From Alloascoidea hylecoeti (taxonomy: Eukaryota): a stretch of DNA of 64,000 bases. Under the pieces are notes generated by a model. It had not been told where the DNA came from. It did no database searches and saw nothing but the letters and a program-made list of their open reading frames with translations. Each line of letters begins with the position of its first letter. Within the stretch, counting starts at the first letter, position 1. Shown here piece after piece: positions 47,976 through 61,137 of the stretch. Where the stretch lies: the NCBI GenBank assembly GCA_001600815.1, contig BCKZ01000018.1, positions 215,974 to 279,973 on the forward strand. Direction: 5' to 3'. The translations under genes were made by a program, and so were the position numbers.

Positions 47976-48922
47976 ATGACCACACCTACGTCTCCTCCGG
48001 TTTCAGAGCCATCTTCAAATCATGATCATATTCAGGAGCCAGAAGTTCTGGAACCATCTGCTACAAAACAGACAACACATACTTTATTATTACAAGTATT
48101 CTATGAATTTTTGAACGTTTATACAAATGAGTTGTTTTATTTACGAAGAGTCTATCCTGCTGAATCCTTTGGCAAGACAAAATGGTGCTCTTTTGCTGTT
48201 ATTCAAACACGATATCCAGACTTAAGGAAATGGATTGAAAACATGTGCCAATCTATCATCAAACAAATACATATAGGCAATGTTTGGAAAGTATCTTTAA
48301 TCTTAGTTAACAGTGAGGATAGACCATTAGAACGTTATAACTTCAATGTTGGTCAATTCCTCAGACCTCCTGAAAACAACAGAAATAAAAGGTATATCCT
48401 ATCCAATCATATATATTATAATTATATATAGGAATCAATCATTATTGGATCCTTTAACTAACCTGTTTTATATTTCTCTTTTTAGAATTCGCAATTTGGA
48501 TCCGGATTTCACTGAAATCCAAGCTCAATTTCGTGCAGCTATATACGCATTAAGATCAACCGTATCAGATATTAAACCAATTCCGGAAGGTTGTAAATGT
48601 GTCCCAATACTTGAAGTTAAAAATTTAGAATCAGATGCATATGAAGGCGCAGTAAGTTTATTCATTCTTTTCAATCTCTCTCTTTTAACTCTAATATAAT
48701 ATCTAACATGTTACAACGCGTTCTATTTTTGGACAGGATGATTGGCTTTATTATGATCCAAATACTATGAAATCTACGAATAATCCAATATATATTGATA
48801 CGATATTTACTCCAATTAAAAATAACGTTTCAATTGGCCCAATGTCATTTTCTTTAGGATTAGAAGAAACTCAGACAAAAATGAAGAGTAGAGAGATTAT
48901 TACAAGTAAACGAATGTCTTAA
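47976..48922 (+). CDS. REV7: DNA polymerase zeta subunit Rev7 (HORMA), 3 exons
   Basis: YLRRVYPAESF, TRYPDLRKWI, PLERYNF, QAQFRAAI. Exons 47976-48391, 48486-48651, 48737-48922; introns GTATAT..AACTAAC..TAG and GTAAGT..ATCTAAC..CAG, frame-consistent. Confidence 0.88.
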
Positions 48923-49453
48923 CTACATTAAATTTGCGGGTTAACAAAAAAAAAAAAAAAAAAAAAAAGAACATCTGGAGGTAGAATCCGTTTTTAAAAT
49001 ATATATTAAAGACAGCTTGGGATGATCAAAATCATCATGATCAATATATGGATATTTTTTTATTTATTTATTTCTTTGAATTTTCTTTCTTTCTTATTTT
49101 TTTTTGGTATTACAATTATTAAAAGGTTGGGTCAAACAAATGTCATTGTTTGAAATATATGATTTAAAATGCTTACACAACGGCCATGGTATTAATAAAT
49201 ACATCATTGCCATACACAGGATTAAGCCTTTTGCTTGAGATTGTAGTTGGTGTTAATTTTATTACTTAAAAAGGGGGTAAATTTCGATTATTAAGACTCA
49301 GGCAAATTAAAATAATCAAACAGTACAAGATCTAAGTTATACTAGACTATATCTACAAATGGTATATATTATATAAACTCCAATATAAAATTTTAAATCA
49401 TCTTCACGTTACGTTCTTACAATGCAAAAATATGATAGTTATTATTAGATTCT

Positions 49454-49490
49454 CATATAACATATAACATATAACATATAACATATAACA
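49454..49490. repeat. (CATATAA)5 microsatellite
   Basis: Direct reading of the sequence. Confidence 0.9.
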
Positions 49491-49985
49491 ATGTAGGAAT
49501 TGGCCAATTGGATCATATTTAAATCTGCTATAACTACATTTATAACCTTGAATATTATTGTGAATGGTTTGAAGAATTAAATAATTATAAATTATGCTAT
49601 ACATGAAGATGAATATTTAAAAATATAAATATTGTGCCGATGTTATTTTCTATTCCATCTGCCTTAAGCTTCAAATTCAAAGCTAGTATATAATTATATA
49701 CAAGCAATGATTCAAAAAACTATGAATTTTTGAAAAAAAGGATAAAGCGCTTTTTGCACAGGGCGATTATATATAATAATATAACTAATTGTAGAGGGCT
49801 TCTTAATCCAATATAATCGATGAGCTGAATAACACAACAACAGTAGGACAATTTTTACCAACACCAATAAACCAATACGAAAAGAGGAAGAAAAGAAAAC
49901 AAAATAAATAAGATAAAGTAAGATAAAATAAATAAGATAAAGTAAGATAAAATAAATAAGGAAAATAAATATTGATTCATTTTCT

Positions 49986-51656
49986 TTAATTTCCTTCTAA
50001 ATGCATAACTCTTTTCAAGTTTTCATACATTAAATAACTAATACTGACAGCTGGTATTACTTTCGCCAAATTAGGAAATAGACCTTTGAATAAACCTTGA
50101 TATCCTTCTCTTTCAACCGTCTGTTTAAAAACATCTCCAAAACCTGAATAAACATATGGATGAGCAGAAGTTCCTTGAGCTTGTAGTCTTGTCCTTAATA
50201 AGTTGATAGGGTACACAATTGTTGCACCTATTGATCCACTAAAGGCACCCATTGATAAAACCATCATATTACCTAATTTTACATCTGATTCTTCAGAACC
50301 TGAAGCAATTGCCTCTCTTGTTATATAGTATTTCTTCATCATTGAGAAAGTCCCTAGATCAATTGCTGCATATGGGAAAATTCCACCAACACCAACTAAT
50401 AGACCTCTATAAAATGTTTTAATCCCATTCATTGCGTACATCTTTTTTGCAGTATACCACAACATTGATTTCCCTTCAGAGGCCAATGTAGCCCGGAGCG
50501 ATAGTGATTCGCATTGCACTCGATATTTTAGAGTATCAATTGGGTATACAGTAAATTGAGCAGCAACACCCCCCATACCACCTGCTAAAAAAGTTGATAC
50601 TCTTGAGATTTCTGTTGGATCAGAGACACCTTCTACATAAGAAAGGAATTTCTTAGAAGCTTCAAATGTTCCGAATTTTATAGCGGATTCTGGAAATACT
50701 TTAATAACATTGAGACCATTACCGACATAAAAAGCTTTTATACCACCTTGACGCCATAAGAAAGTTGCAGCCTCTAGTAACGGTGACCTGTGACGTAATT
50801 TTTTGGGTGCATCTTTTAACGAATCCACGGCTGATTTTTCCAACATGTCTGTTGTAGCCTCTGCAATTTTACCATTTGCAAACTGTTGCGAAGAAGATAT
50901 TGCGGATTTCACATTGTCAGCAACAGCTTTGAAATCAGAAGGTTTTAATCTTCTTCTATTTGGATGTAGTAAAGGTGGTTTTGGCATATTTGGATTATGA
51001 ACACCAATATCTGTCCTTGCAATCAAAAAGACCTTGATTCGATCAAAAGGTGCTGTACAAGTTCTTGAAACTACTCCTGACAATCCTCCAGCAAGGAAAT
51101 ATTGTAAACTTTGTAAAATATCAGCACTTAAAGTAACATCACCATCTGAATTTAAATCTAAATCATCAATGAAAAAATCATAAATTGATTGAATAGAAGA
51201 ATTAAAATTCGTTGGTAAAAATAATAAAAAATTTCTCCATTCATCAAATGTTATTAAACCTGTATTTCTATTATCCATATATTCAAAAAATAAATTAATT
51301 TTATCATCTGAAGCATTAATTTTTACAGAAGCTAACGCTTTTTTAATATCATTTTTATTTAACATTCCATCACCATCTTCGTCCGCAACCATAAAAATTT
51401 TCAGTAAGTTAATTTCAGTGTCCAGCACAAATCTCCGAAATTCTTGGTATTCTACTACATTATCATTATTTGCGTCTAGGATTGAGAATATTTCGTGAAC
51501 TACCTCAGGACTAGATTGTAGAGGATGATCTATTTTTTGGAAACCTTTCATGAGGGTATTTAAAGACAAATGACCATTGTGCTGGGTGTCTAGTTTGTTG
51601 AAGAGCGCCCGGATGCGTTTTTCTCGGTCGCGGCCGGACTCTGAGGCTGGGTCCAT
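49986..51656 (-). CDS. SAL1: Ca2+-binding mitochondrial ATP-Mg/Pi carrier Sal1
   Basis: N-terminal EF hands; SRTCTAPFDRIK, YPIDTLKYR, YPINLLRTRLQAQGT. Confidence 0.95.
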   Translation of the reverse strand: MDPASESGRDREKRIRALFNKLDTQHNGHLSLNTLMKGFQKIDHPLQSSPEVVHEIFSILDANNDNVVEYQEFRRFVLDTEINLLKIFMVADEDGDGMLNKNDIKKALASVKINASDDKINLFFEYMDNRNTGLITFDEWRNFLLFLPTNFNSSIQSIYDFFIDDLDLNSDGDVTLSADILQSLQYFLAGGLSGVVSRTCTAPFDRIKVFLIARTDIGVHNPNMPKPPLLHPNRRRLKPSDFKAVADNVKSAISSSQQFANGKIAEATTDMLEKSAVDSLKDAPKKLRHRSPLLEAATFLWRQGGIKAFYVGNGLNVIKVFPESAIKFGTFEASKKFLSYVEGVSDPTEISRVSTFLAGGMGGVAAQFTVYPIDTLKYRVQCESLSLRATLASEGKSMLWYTAKKMYAMNGIKTFYRGLLVGVGGIFPYAAIDLGTFSMMKKYYITREAIASGSEESDVKLGNMMVLSMGAFSGSIGATIVYPINLLRTRLQAQGTSAHPYVYSGFGDVFKQTVEREGYQGLFKGLFPNLAKVIPAVSISYLMYENLKRVMHLEGN

Positions 51657-52005
51657 AGCAAAGGGTTGTGAGCAGTTGAAGCTGTTAATATTTGAGTTGT
51701 GAGCTGTGAGACTATAGTATATTTGACGGGAGGAGGTACGGCCAATGGGAATCCTCGAAATAAATGACCCCGATCGGAATTCGGAGAGTTACGGAATTGA
51801 TACTGCTGAGTTTACTTCGATATCGGGAATCTCGAACAATATACGCCAAAGCAGAACTGAGCATGAGTAATCCTCATCACTCCAGCTTATGTAATCCTCC
51901 AGGCACGTGTGCCACTCACGTGCTCCGTGCTCAGTCCAATCAAAAGGGCACAAAATAAATTACCCATATCGAAAAATTCCCAACCTCTGACTATTGAAAC
52001 ATATA

Positions 52006-52875
52006 ATGTTGAGAACAGTCAGATTCAACTCGATCCGGGCCTTGCAAACAGCCACTCGGCCTTCAATTGCCCCAATAGCCTCGTCTGTTACTCGCACACT
52101 CACCAGGTCATTCGGTACTAACGATGAAGAACATGAGCTCATAGACGTTCGTCAGCTTCCCCGAAAAGAGCCAAATGATGTTCACGTCCCACTTGTCAAT
52201 CCAGCCGATAAGTACGTAGAGTTTTCAGAAGATCTACACAAGTACGGAAGATATGTCATGTCCTGCTTGCCAAAATTTGTCCAGAAGTTCAGTGTATGGA
52301 AAGATGAATTGGTCATTTATGTCGCACCGTCTGGTCTAATCCCTCTCTGTACTTTTTTGAAAGATCACACAGCTTCCCAGTACAAACAAGTTGTGGATAT
52401 AACAGCTGTTGATTATCCAACAAAAGAAAATAGATTTGACGTTGTCTACAATCTTCTATCTGTCAGACATAATTCAAGAATCAGAGTTAAGACATATGCT
52501 AGTGAGGTTAGCCCAGTTCCTTCAGTAACTCCTTTATATGAAGGTGCCAACTGGTATGAACGTGAAACATATGATATGTTTGGTGTTTTCTTCGACAATC
52601 ACCCCGATCTCAGACGGATCATGACCGACTATGGCTTTGAAGGCCATCCTTTAAGAAAAGATTTCCCTCAAAGTGGTTATACCGAATTAAGATATGATGA
52701 AGAAAAGAAGAGAATTGTATATGAGCCATTAGAATTGACACAGGCTTACAGAAATTTCAATGCAGGTTCTACATCATGGGAACCAGTGGGGCCTGGTAAT
52801 GATCAAACTCCAGCTAGCTTTAAATTACCTACTCCAGCACCTGAACCTGAAAAGGAAGTTGAACAAAAGAAATAA
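52006..52875 (+). CDS. NADH:ubiquinone oxidoreductase 30-kDa subunit (NDUFS3/NuoC homolog)
   Basis: Presequence from ATG 52006; [45 protein letters not shown]. Confidence 0.97.
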   Translation: MLRTVRFNSIRALQTATRPSIAPIASSVTRTLTRSFGTNDEEHELIDVRQLPRKEPNDVHVPLVNPADKYVEFSEDLHKYGRYVMSCLPKFVQKFSVWKDELVIYVAPSGLIPLCTFLKDHTASQYKQVVDITAVDYPTKENRFDVVYNLLSVRHNSRIRVKTYASEVSPVPSVTPLYEGANWYERETYDMFGVFFDNHPDLRRIMTDYGFEGHPLRKDFPQSGYTELRYDEEKKRIVYEPLELTQAYRNFNAGSTSWEPVGPGNDQTPASFKLPTPAPEPEKEVEQKK

Positions 52876-53138
52876 ATGGACAAGCAAGTTAATCATTTAT
52901 TATATTTTTTATATATTTGCATTTAATCAATATATCATTATGAAATTACAATATATCTCGCTTTGATATATTAACTTAATCAAAACCTCCTCTTCTTAAG
53001 ATAGATGTAATTTCTTATCTTTATTATTTATAACGACTAGAAAGTTGCGTAATAGAAACAAAAGATTTATTAAAAGATCATAGATATATATATATTAATT
53101 ATAAACTTTTGAATGTTGGTCTCCTAATAAATAGCCTG

Positions 53139-54544
53139 CTATGCTCTAGCGCTGGCCCTTTCAGCTTGTATCTGTGCTAATAGTCCATTAAGCTCTTCTT
53201 GCCTAGAATCTTTAAACTCTTCTAAATTTTTAACATGTCCTTCAATTTCCTGGATTTCAGACTCAACATCTTCAATGGCCTGTCTATTTGAACCAGCACC
53301 GATAGAAGCTGACCCCGTTTTTAATGTAGTGAGATAATTTGTTTTGTAATCTAACAAATGCTCTAATTCATTCCTTATAAGAGCATTTTTACTTGCTGAT
53401 GAAGAAACTATACCATTCTCGCGATCCTCACGTTCTCTAATTTTATGTTTTGCTTCTTGTTCGGCTTTTTCCATTAAATCTTCTAAATCCTTTAATCTTC
53501 TACGGAGCCTTACTTCTTCCCAATCAGTATCTTGTGTGGCCGAAAAATCCGTTCCATGTGTTGCAGTATCGTTACTATGAGTACTACCACCACCAAGTCT
53601 ATTAAGATAATTGTCAGCAAAAGCATTTTTCTTCGATGAAGCAGCACCAACAGATAACTTTTTATTATTATTTCTATTAAAGGCATTACCACCAGTAGAA
53701 TGACTAGTATGGATATCTGCCTGATGTGAGTTGATATCATATTCCGGTACTTCTTTTTCAAAAGTTGCACGTAATGAAGGTGGAACACTTCTTGGGACTC
53801 GTTTTCCTGATTCTCTTTGATTCAAAATATGTAAAAAAACATGACATTGATCCTTATCAATAGTCTCATGCGATTTAGGATTAACTAAATTCCAAGCACT
53901 TCTAATATCAGTATCAGGAACACTTAAGGATCCATATAGACCATTTAAAGAGTTAAATGTAATTCTTCCAAATCTATCACAAGCACTCATATAAACATCA
54001 TCATAAGTCGTTTTATCATTGGGTGAAATGTACCAGTCGAAATCGCTTGATAACCCTAACTCATCATCATCGTCATCATCGTCATATAGACTGGAGTTCC
54101 CACCTCGAAACATCTGATTATCTCCTGTCGCTAATGCTTGATTTGCTGCAATTAAATGGGCTTTGCTACTGGGTACCAACCACTCTGGTAATTTATTTGG
54201 TAAAGATTGAGTATTTCCATTTACGAGGTCAAATATCAATCTCATGGCGATACAGAATTCCTCAAAATCGAGATTAGAGTCCATATCAATATCTTGAAAT
54301 TTAGATTAGTTAAATACTCATTTTTAAAAAAGAAGTCCTCTTGTTTACCATCTTTTCCTCATATCCTAAAATTGAAATGCTTACCTGATAAGTCCCAAAC
54401 TTTCTCTAATTGAGAATCAGTCAGTTGAGAGTTTCTAAAAACAGTAGCAACTCTAGCTCCTGATAATTTCCCATCAACAGGGTTTAACCCACTGAAAATT
54501 TCCCAGTATTTTGTTATTTCCCAATCCTCTAACCTTTGTGACAT
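53139..54544 (-). CDS. END3: EH-domain endocytosis protein End3, 2 exons
   Basis: [52 protein letters not shown]. Exon 1 54544-54385, intron 54384-54293 (GTAAGC..AACTAAT..AAG), exon 2 54292-53139. Reb1-type site at 54600. Confidence 0.95.
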
Positions 54545-55396
54545 TGTTCAATGTTTTATCAGAATGAAGAGTCGTGTTGAGTTTGGAGGGCAAAGGTTGT
54601 TACCCGGACAATATGGTAGATATAATTATATAATTAATTATAAGTTGTTCGCCTCATTCATCACTGTAGTTGTTTCACAGAAAGCCCTTAAGCTCCCGAA
54701 TTGATCAATTCGCTTGAAATTAGATAAAGGAATATCAATGGATTCAAACTGTTATATGGGCCTATATGCTGGATATAAGGTTACACGTATACTATAATTA
54801 TAGGATGAGGTGATGTAAACGAGCTATAGGTAGGGTTTTAATTACTGCAATATTCCACCAACTGTATTTTCTCACAATTGATAATAGCGGATCTATAAGA
54901 ATGACATCAGTCAAAGTATGCGATGATTTGGAAAAATGCTTAACCGCAAGAAGTGGTTAGGCTCAACTAGGATTTTCATTTTGTATTTTTACGCGAGTAA
55001 TTTTTGAACCCTCAGTCATCTTATACTGTTACTCTAAATGTTAGAAATTTGACTGAAATAAATGAAGGTGTAAGAATTTCTATTAATGGTATACGTTCTA
55101 ATATAAGTCTATGGATACTTAAATGGCTAGGTCATTATCCCCTATTCCGTTACTACAATAGGCGCCCAAGCTACACCGTCAAATTTATATCCTCAACAGC
55201 TGGTTGACCTCTCAAAATTTCTGTGGGACCAGCATTATATATAATGAAATGATTCTCACTTCCCACCTTCCTCAACACAGGCATTCCGTAGCATATTTTA
55301 TATAAAATTTAGCTAAATTTACATAATATAATTTTATTTGCTTGTTCTTAAACAAAAATATAAATCTTATTGTATCTAATTAAACACTACAATTTT

Positions 55397-58300
55397 CTAG
55401 ATATATATGTAAAAGAGCCAAGCTGCAAAAATATTAAACAAATGATGGATTCCGTATGTTTTTTGAATGCCATAAACTAAGGAATAAAATGCAAAATAAA
55501 GCAAGTAAACGAAGGTAACACTTCGTTGAATGGAAGATGAAATTCTAGGTATCATGCTACCACATGAAAGTTTTTCAACCAGTAATAATATAGGCAAAAT
55601 TGATAATATGTTATGATGAGACCCAAATGGAGTCGACCATTGAACAGCTATATTTTGAATCCAAATAATTAAAACAGGTGAATTTATTGGAAGAATCCAT
55701 ATCATAGCTATTAGAATTGAAAGCATAAAATTGAATAGATTCCGATGAACAGAATTTGTTTTAACCCGTTCTTGAAAATCATGTTCTCCTCCAATTTCCA
55801 GTTTTTCATTACTCTTAACAACCATGAAGATTCTTAAACAATTGATAATTTGAACTCCACACAAAATAACGTATACAAATTGGTAAGGTACATAAGACAA
55901 CACAGCAACTAAGAGGATGGCGCTCGTTGCAAGTTTCCTTCGATTTCTAAACATGTTTTTGTTATCATTTTCACCAAATGCCAATAACCTTCTGATTGCA
56001 GGTTGGGGTAAGATAATAAGCAAAAGAGATGATACTAAATGTTCAAGTAGGTAGACTGCTCCATATAATATAATACAACTTCCAATAGAAGTAATAAAAA
56101 ACAAAGGACCTAAAAACCATAGTGAGTCAGTTTCTTCCAGCCCCAAGAAAAGAGTATTCACCTTTATTCCCGAATGACTAGCGCTGTCGAGATTTGTGAA
56201 CAATAACAATGATTTTATAAATGAAGTTTTCAATAAAAATGAAGCACCTGACAAAACAATTAATATCGGACCAAGAAAGTTAAAACATAAAATACAAATG
56301 CTTTCGTAAAATCCAATAAAATCACCTGTAGTTGAGTAAGTATCAAACTGTATCAATAATACAATAGTAACTATTGCAATTGGAAAAGATGCAAAAGCTG
56401 TTCTATATCTCATCACAAGTAATCCTAAGCTTCTAAGAGCATTTATCTTGACTTTTATTTCCACTTTTGATTCCGAACATGGTGAATCTGCAAATATCTG
56501 TAGATGTAAGCTATTATCTGATTGTTCTGAGTTATTAAATGGTGCAAAAGGTACAATTCCATGAAAAAATATCTCTCTTCTTGGATCTTTAAAAAAATTA
56601 ATATGATATTTGGTTTCATAGGGGTCTTTAATATATTGTCGGATAAAAGGTGAAAATAAGGATTCTGAATTAACACATACATTTGGCCGAATTTCGATAT
56701 CGTAAACAAATAGACTACTTAAAGCAGTAATTTGAACATCTATTATTGTCGAACTTTGTGCATTAGTTACAAGTTCAGCACTCGAATATATTGATTGTTG
56801 GTCCATGACAAATGAATTATGATATTTGTCTGTAATTTCTGCAATAGTGAATGATTCATTTTCAACCGAAGAATCGCCAATAAAAATTGTATTATAATCG
56901 CTTATTTTGTTCACTTCATACTGTAAAGTGTAAAAAGGATCACCTTGAGTATCAATCTCACGACTATTATTATAAGAACTAGGTGTAATGATCACATCAC
57001 TTTCAACATTTCTACATAATAAACTATTTGGTTGAAACTCATCAGTGTTAAAAATTCCATGTTGGTTTATGGTCATAAGTCTTAAATCTGGTCTAGAAGT
57101 TGATAAACTTTTTGTATCAGAACACAGAAGCACAACAAGATCGCCTCTTGAACTGCCTAACCTATTATTAGAAATTAAACTAAACTTGGTCCCAGGTTCT
57201 GCATTCCGTGGTATAGAAATGAAACAACTTTTTTGCTTTGTCTTATGAGTTATAACAATTTTTTCAGAGCTTGTACCTGAAATCTCAGACCCTTGAAGAT
57301 ATGTATCATACTGAATTTGATTATCAATATACGTCTCTGAGGGATCGTCTGTCGGAGTATAAGAAGCTAAAGTTGAGCCAACCTCGAATTCGCTTATGAA
57401 CTGCTTTTTGAAGACTTCCATTCTTCTCTTTAGGGGTTTGGTTTTGTAAGCTGAATTAGAGTCAGTAATTTCCATTAATGCCTTGACAATAACAGTTCTT
57501 AATTGACCACACCAAACAATAGCTAGATGGTCTACTGCTGTCCACACCCGAGGAATTCCAGTTGTATAAACTGTAAACCCATTTGAAGGTGGTATTATGG
57601 AGCTAACACCAGTGTAATCAGAGGGCAATGTTGAGTCAAGCTTCCCACCAGCAACTGAAATCAGCGAGATATCTGAAAGTGGATTTTGAAGTTTTTCAAA
57701 TGATTCTCTCCAATATTTATTCACTGTACTGTAGATACGATCAATTTCCATGTCGAAAGTTAATGGAGCAACCGAATGTGGAGTAGACAAACTTACCATT
57801 GTATTTATAGAATTTGGAATATAGTTTGGTAGAGTTACCATAAGTCTTGCTACCATTCCACCCATTGAGTGACTAACAATTATCACAGATTTTGGTTTTG
57901 GTTTATCAAAATCTGAACTTCTAGTTGCATTATATAGAGAGAAAATAAATTTAATAGCGTCATTAAGATATTCCGCTTGATCAAGCATTGTTTGTCCATG
58001 AAATGCCGTGAGATCATTATTAAAATCCGCCAAGTAGAAATCCATATTTGAAGCCTCCTTGTTAATTCTGGAGTCCATTTCTGGATTGGCATATATTTCA
58101 TAGTATTGTCTAGCAGCTTCAGCAGCCAATGACCTTCCCTGACGAAAACTACCAGCATTTCCTGGAATAAATAACACTGGAATACCATTAGGTACTGATG
58201 AATGATCATAATCTACCTCTCTGTATAAGTATAAGTTGTATTTAGCAGCCAGTCTTGAGTAATCATTATTTAATAATAATCTTTTATAATTTGGCATCAT

Positions 58301-58761
58301 TGTGATTCCATCACATAATTTAGCTTCTTTTATGTTGAAATAATTCGTTATTATTAGGGCTAGATATATTATGCTAAATATAGCACATAGTAATGGGAGA
58401 CATGCTGCTATTCCCCAATGATATTTCTTGAATTGGTTGAGCCGGCTACTCCTTGGTGTAGTTTTGTTTCTGTTACCGTATTTGATATTTTCATCATCTT
58501 CCTTGCTTAGTTCTGAAGCATCCGTATGGTCATCATTATGATTGCGATACCTATAACGTGTATATGGTCTCGAGTCTAGTAAATTCAATGTTGTATTTGT
58601 CAAGCCTAGATTTGGTGAAGAATTTATTTCTTCAGGCAAATTTCCATCTGGATTTTCTTCATTTTCCAAAAATGCCTGTTTTGACTTCAGAATATAAAAA
58701 AAGTTAGATACGTGACAAAAACATAAAAAAAAGGCAAGGATACCTTAAGAACACGTACCAT
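55397..58761 (-). CDS. BST1: GPI inositol-deacylase Bst1 (PGAP1), ATG-only first exon
   Basis: GIPVLFIPGNAGS, VSHSMGGMVAR, DHLAIVWC, many C-terminal TM helices. ATG 58761-58759, intron 58758-58676 (GTACGT..ATCTAAC..CAG), exon 2 58675-55397. Confidence 0.93.
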
Positions 58762-61137
58762 AATATCAGATTCAAAGGAGGTAGTAGTAGGACTTATATA
58801 TTTGAACGGGCAAAAGCTGGGAATCACTGATACTTTAGTATATGGAATGGAGATATACTGTATGCTGGTTCACTGAATTGATTTTCCAGTTACAACCATT
58901 AAAATTTAAACATATCGTACCACCACTTCACCACTTCACCACTTCACCAAAACAATTTTTAACAGGTTGAGTATTACTTTTCCAAGGGAAATCAAATAAA
59001 ATATTCAATCGTACCACATCAAAACAGCTGTATATAGCATTATATACTATACGTCGGAGCTAAGCAATGTAAGCATAACATGATGACCTGAATAAGGTTT
59101 CTTTCTCAATAAGCCTCATCTAGGTACGGCCTTATTATCTTTTACACAACACTCCATCACAGCACTCCAAAACTATAGCTACGTAGTACGTGCAGTTCAC
59201 CAAACTGCTCTTTAAACCAAAAAGTGTTTGTAAATAGCATTAGATTTAGGTTAAAAGTTTATATACCATGGGTATAACAGTTAATAGAATTCCGCGAATT
59301 CAAAAATGTCAGAGGAAGGTGAACTAAGTCTTCCTGCGTTACCCTCACTTGATGACCTACAACGAATCAGTGGATATAGAGTTTCCCTTCGCGTAGAAAA
59401 TATATTGATCATAGATCCATTTCTGATGAGGTTAGCGTTAACTCTAGAATCAGAATCATAGCTATATTGTTCTAACTTTCGTTCCATACCCTTTTAAGCT
59501 TGGCTTAATCATTATAATTATGATATCTATAATTATAACATTATTGGTACCTTAACTATAAGCTTATAATTATAACTAAGCTTTAGATATTAATAATAAT
59601 CAATTGACTTTGGAGTTAATAATCCTTTAACCTGTACCTGTACCTGTGTAGGCAGCTGATCGCAATTACTGTTTCATATATAATTATAAAAAATAATATA
59701 TAATTCACGAATCACGCATAACATAATTATAGGAGAATATATCATGATTCATGATCATATATAAGGCCTTATAACTTATTATCTAGCAGTATAAAGTGTA
59801 ACCTTTTGAACTATCCTTACTTTTCTGAAAAATAAACTTTTAATATAACCATTCAATTCATTCTCTAGATGACATGGACTGTTTTGGGCGGGATTCCGAT
59901 TTATAGCCCACTGGTATATCATTATATATTTAAAACTTAGCTTTGCCATATGGTAGAGTAGTTATTAATAACTTATTCTAATTATAACTAAAAAAGTTTT
60001 CAGGCCGGCTATGAAATAATGAATCCGTTACTCAACTAATTAAATCAATTGATGTACCTAAAGAAGAAAATTACTTTTTTTGTAATACGGTATATGCATA
60101 TGCCTTATATTTCCTAAAAGTTTGAAACAGTTGTTGTGACAGGTGAAAAAATATTACCAAAATGGCATAATAATTAATACTGTTTATTAACGTTGCGACT
60201 CCTTGGGAGCGCCGAGGAGTGATCATGTAAAGCTTTTCTTATATAATTATCTGTAACAATTCCAATTTAGTCGAGTGATATGGGTTGTTGGCTAGGAAAA
60301 CTTGGATTAATAATTTACTATCAAACAACATCGAAATTGATTCAGTGATTTAAATTTATTTATAAATTAAAGCTTCCCCGCCAGGGGTCGTAAGACTCGA
60401 AATAATTATTATTATTTGATTTAAATTGTTATAATGAAGTGTGAAATGTAAAACAATAGAACAATACGCAACTGTTAATATTTACCTTATAATTTCATTA
60501 TAACCATAATAAAATCCAAATATGAATTGCAAGTCCGCAAGTTTAACCTTTAAGGACAATTGTGATCATGTTGAGGAGGAATTCTGTAACAAATGAGATA
60601 GGGGAAATATTGAGATTACTGCGGCAATGCATATACATGAATTTGATATAAATCGTATATTTTTGTTGTAGTGACAATGTAGTCTTTAATTATAAGGTTA
60701 TAATGCTGCATGCTTCCCCTTCCAATAATCCATATGCAGAAATGCGTGCCAAAATGTACTATTTGTTCATATCCGGAAATGATGCTGGATATATAGCATA
60801 AACGCGATTACTATACATACAAGGAATATTAAAATATAATTGTAACGTATACGCTTCTAGATTTCCAGGACTTGGCCATAATTTGAAATTTAAAGTCACC
60901 TCTTTTTTTAAAAATTTACTCAACCCATTTCTCTCTTTCTCTCTTTAATCGTCACTCTTTAATCACGTTCTTTTCTCAGATACTAAAGTATGTAACTTTA
61001 TATTGGATATCTAGACTCATCTCCAGATTAAAATGTCCACTAACAAAGAAATTGCCTATAGTTGTAGATTCCTTCCTTGATATCTTATAATTATAAACTG
61101 GAGACATATATATACACTCATTAATATTTCAATAATT

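Noticed and set aside
59281..59487. Short ORFs between BST1 and AXL2 (68 aa minus, about 51 aa plus)
   Set aside because: No recognisable motif or supporting signals.
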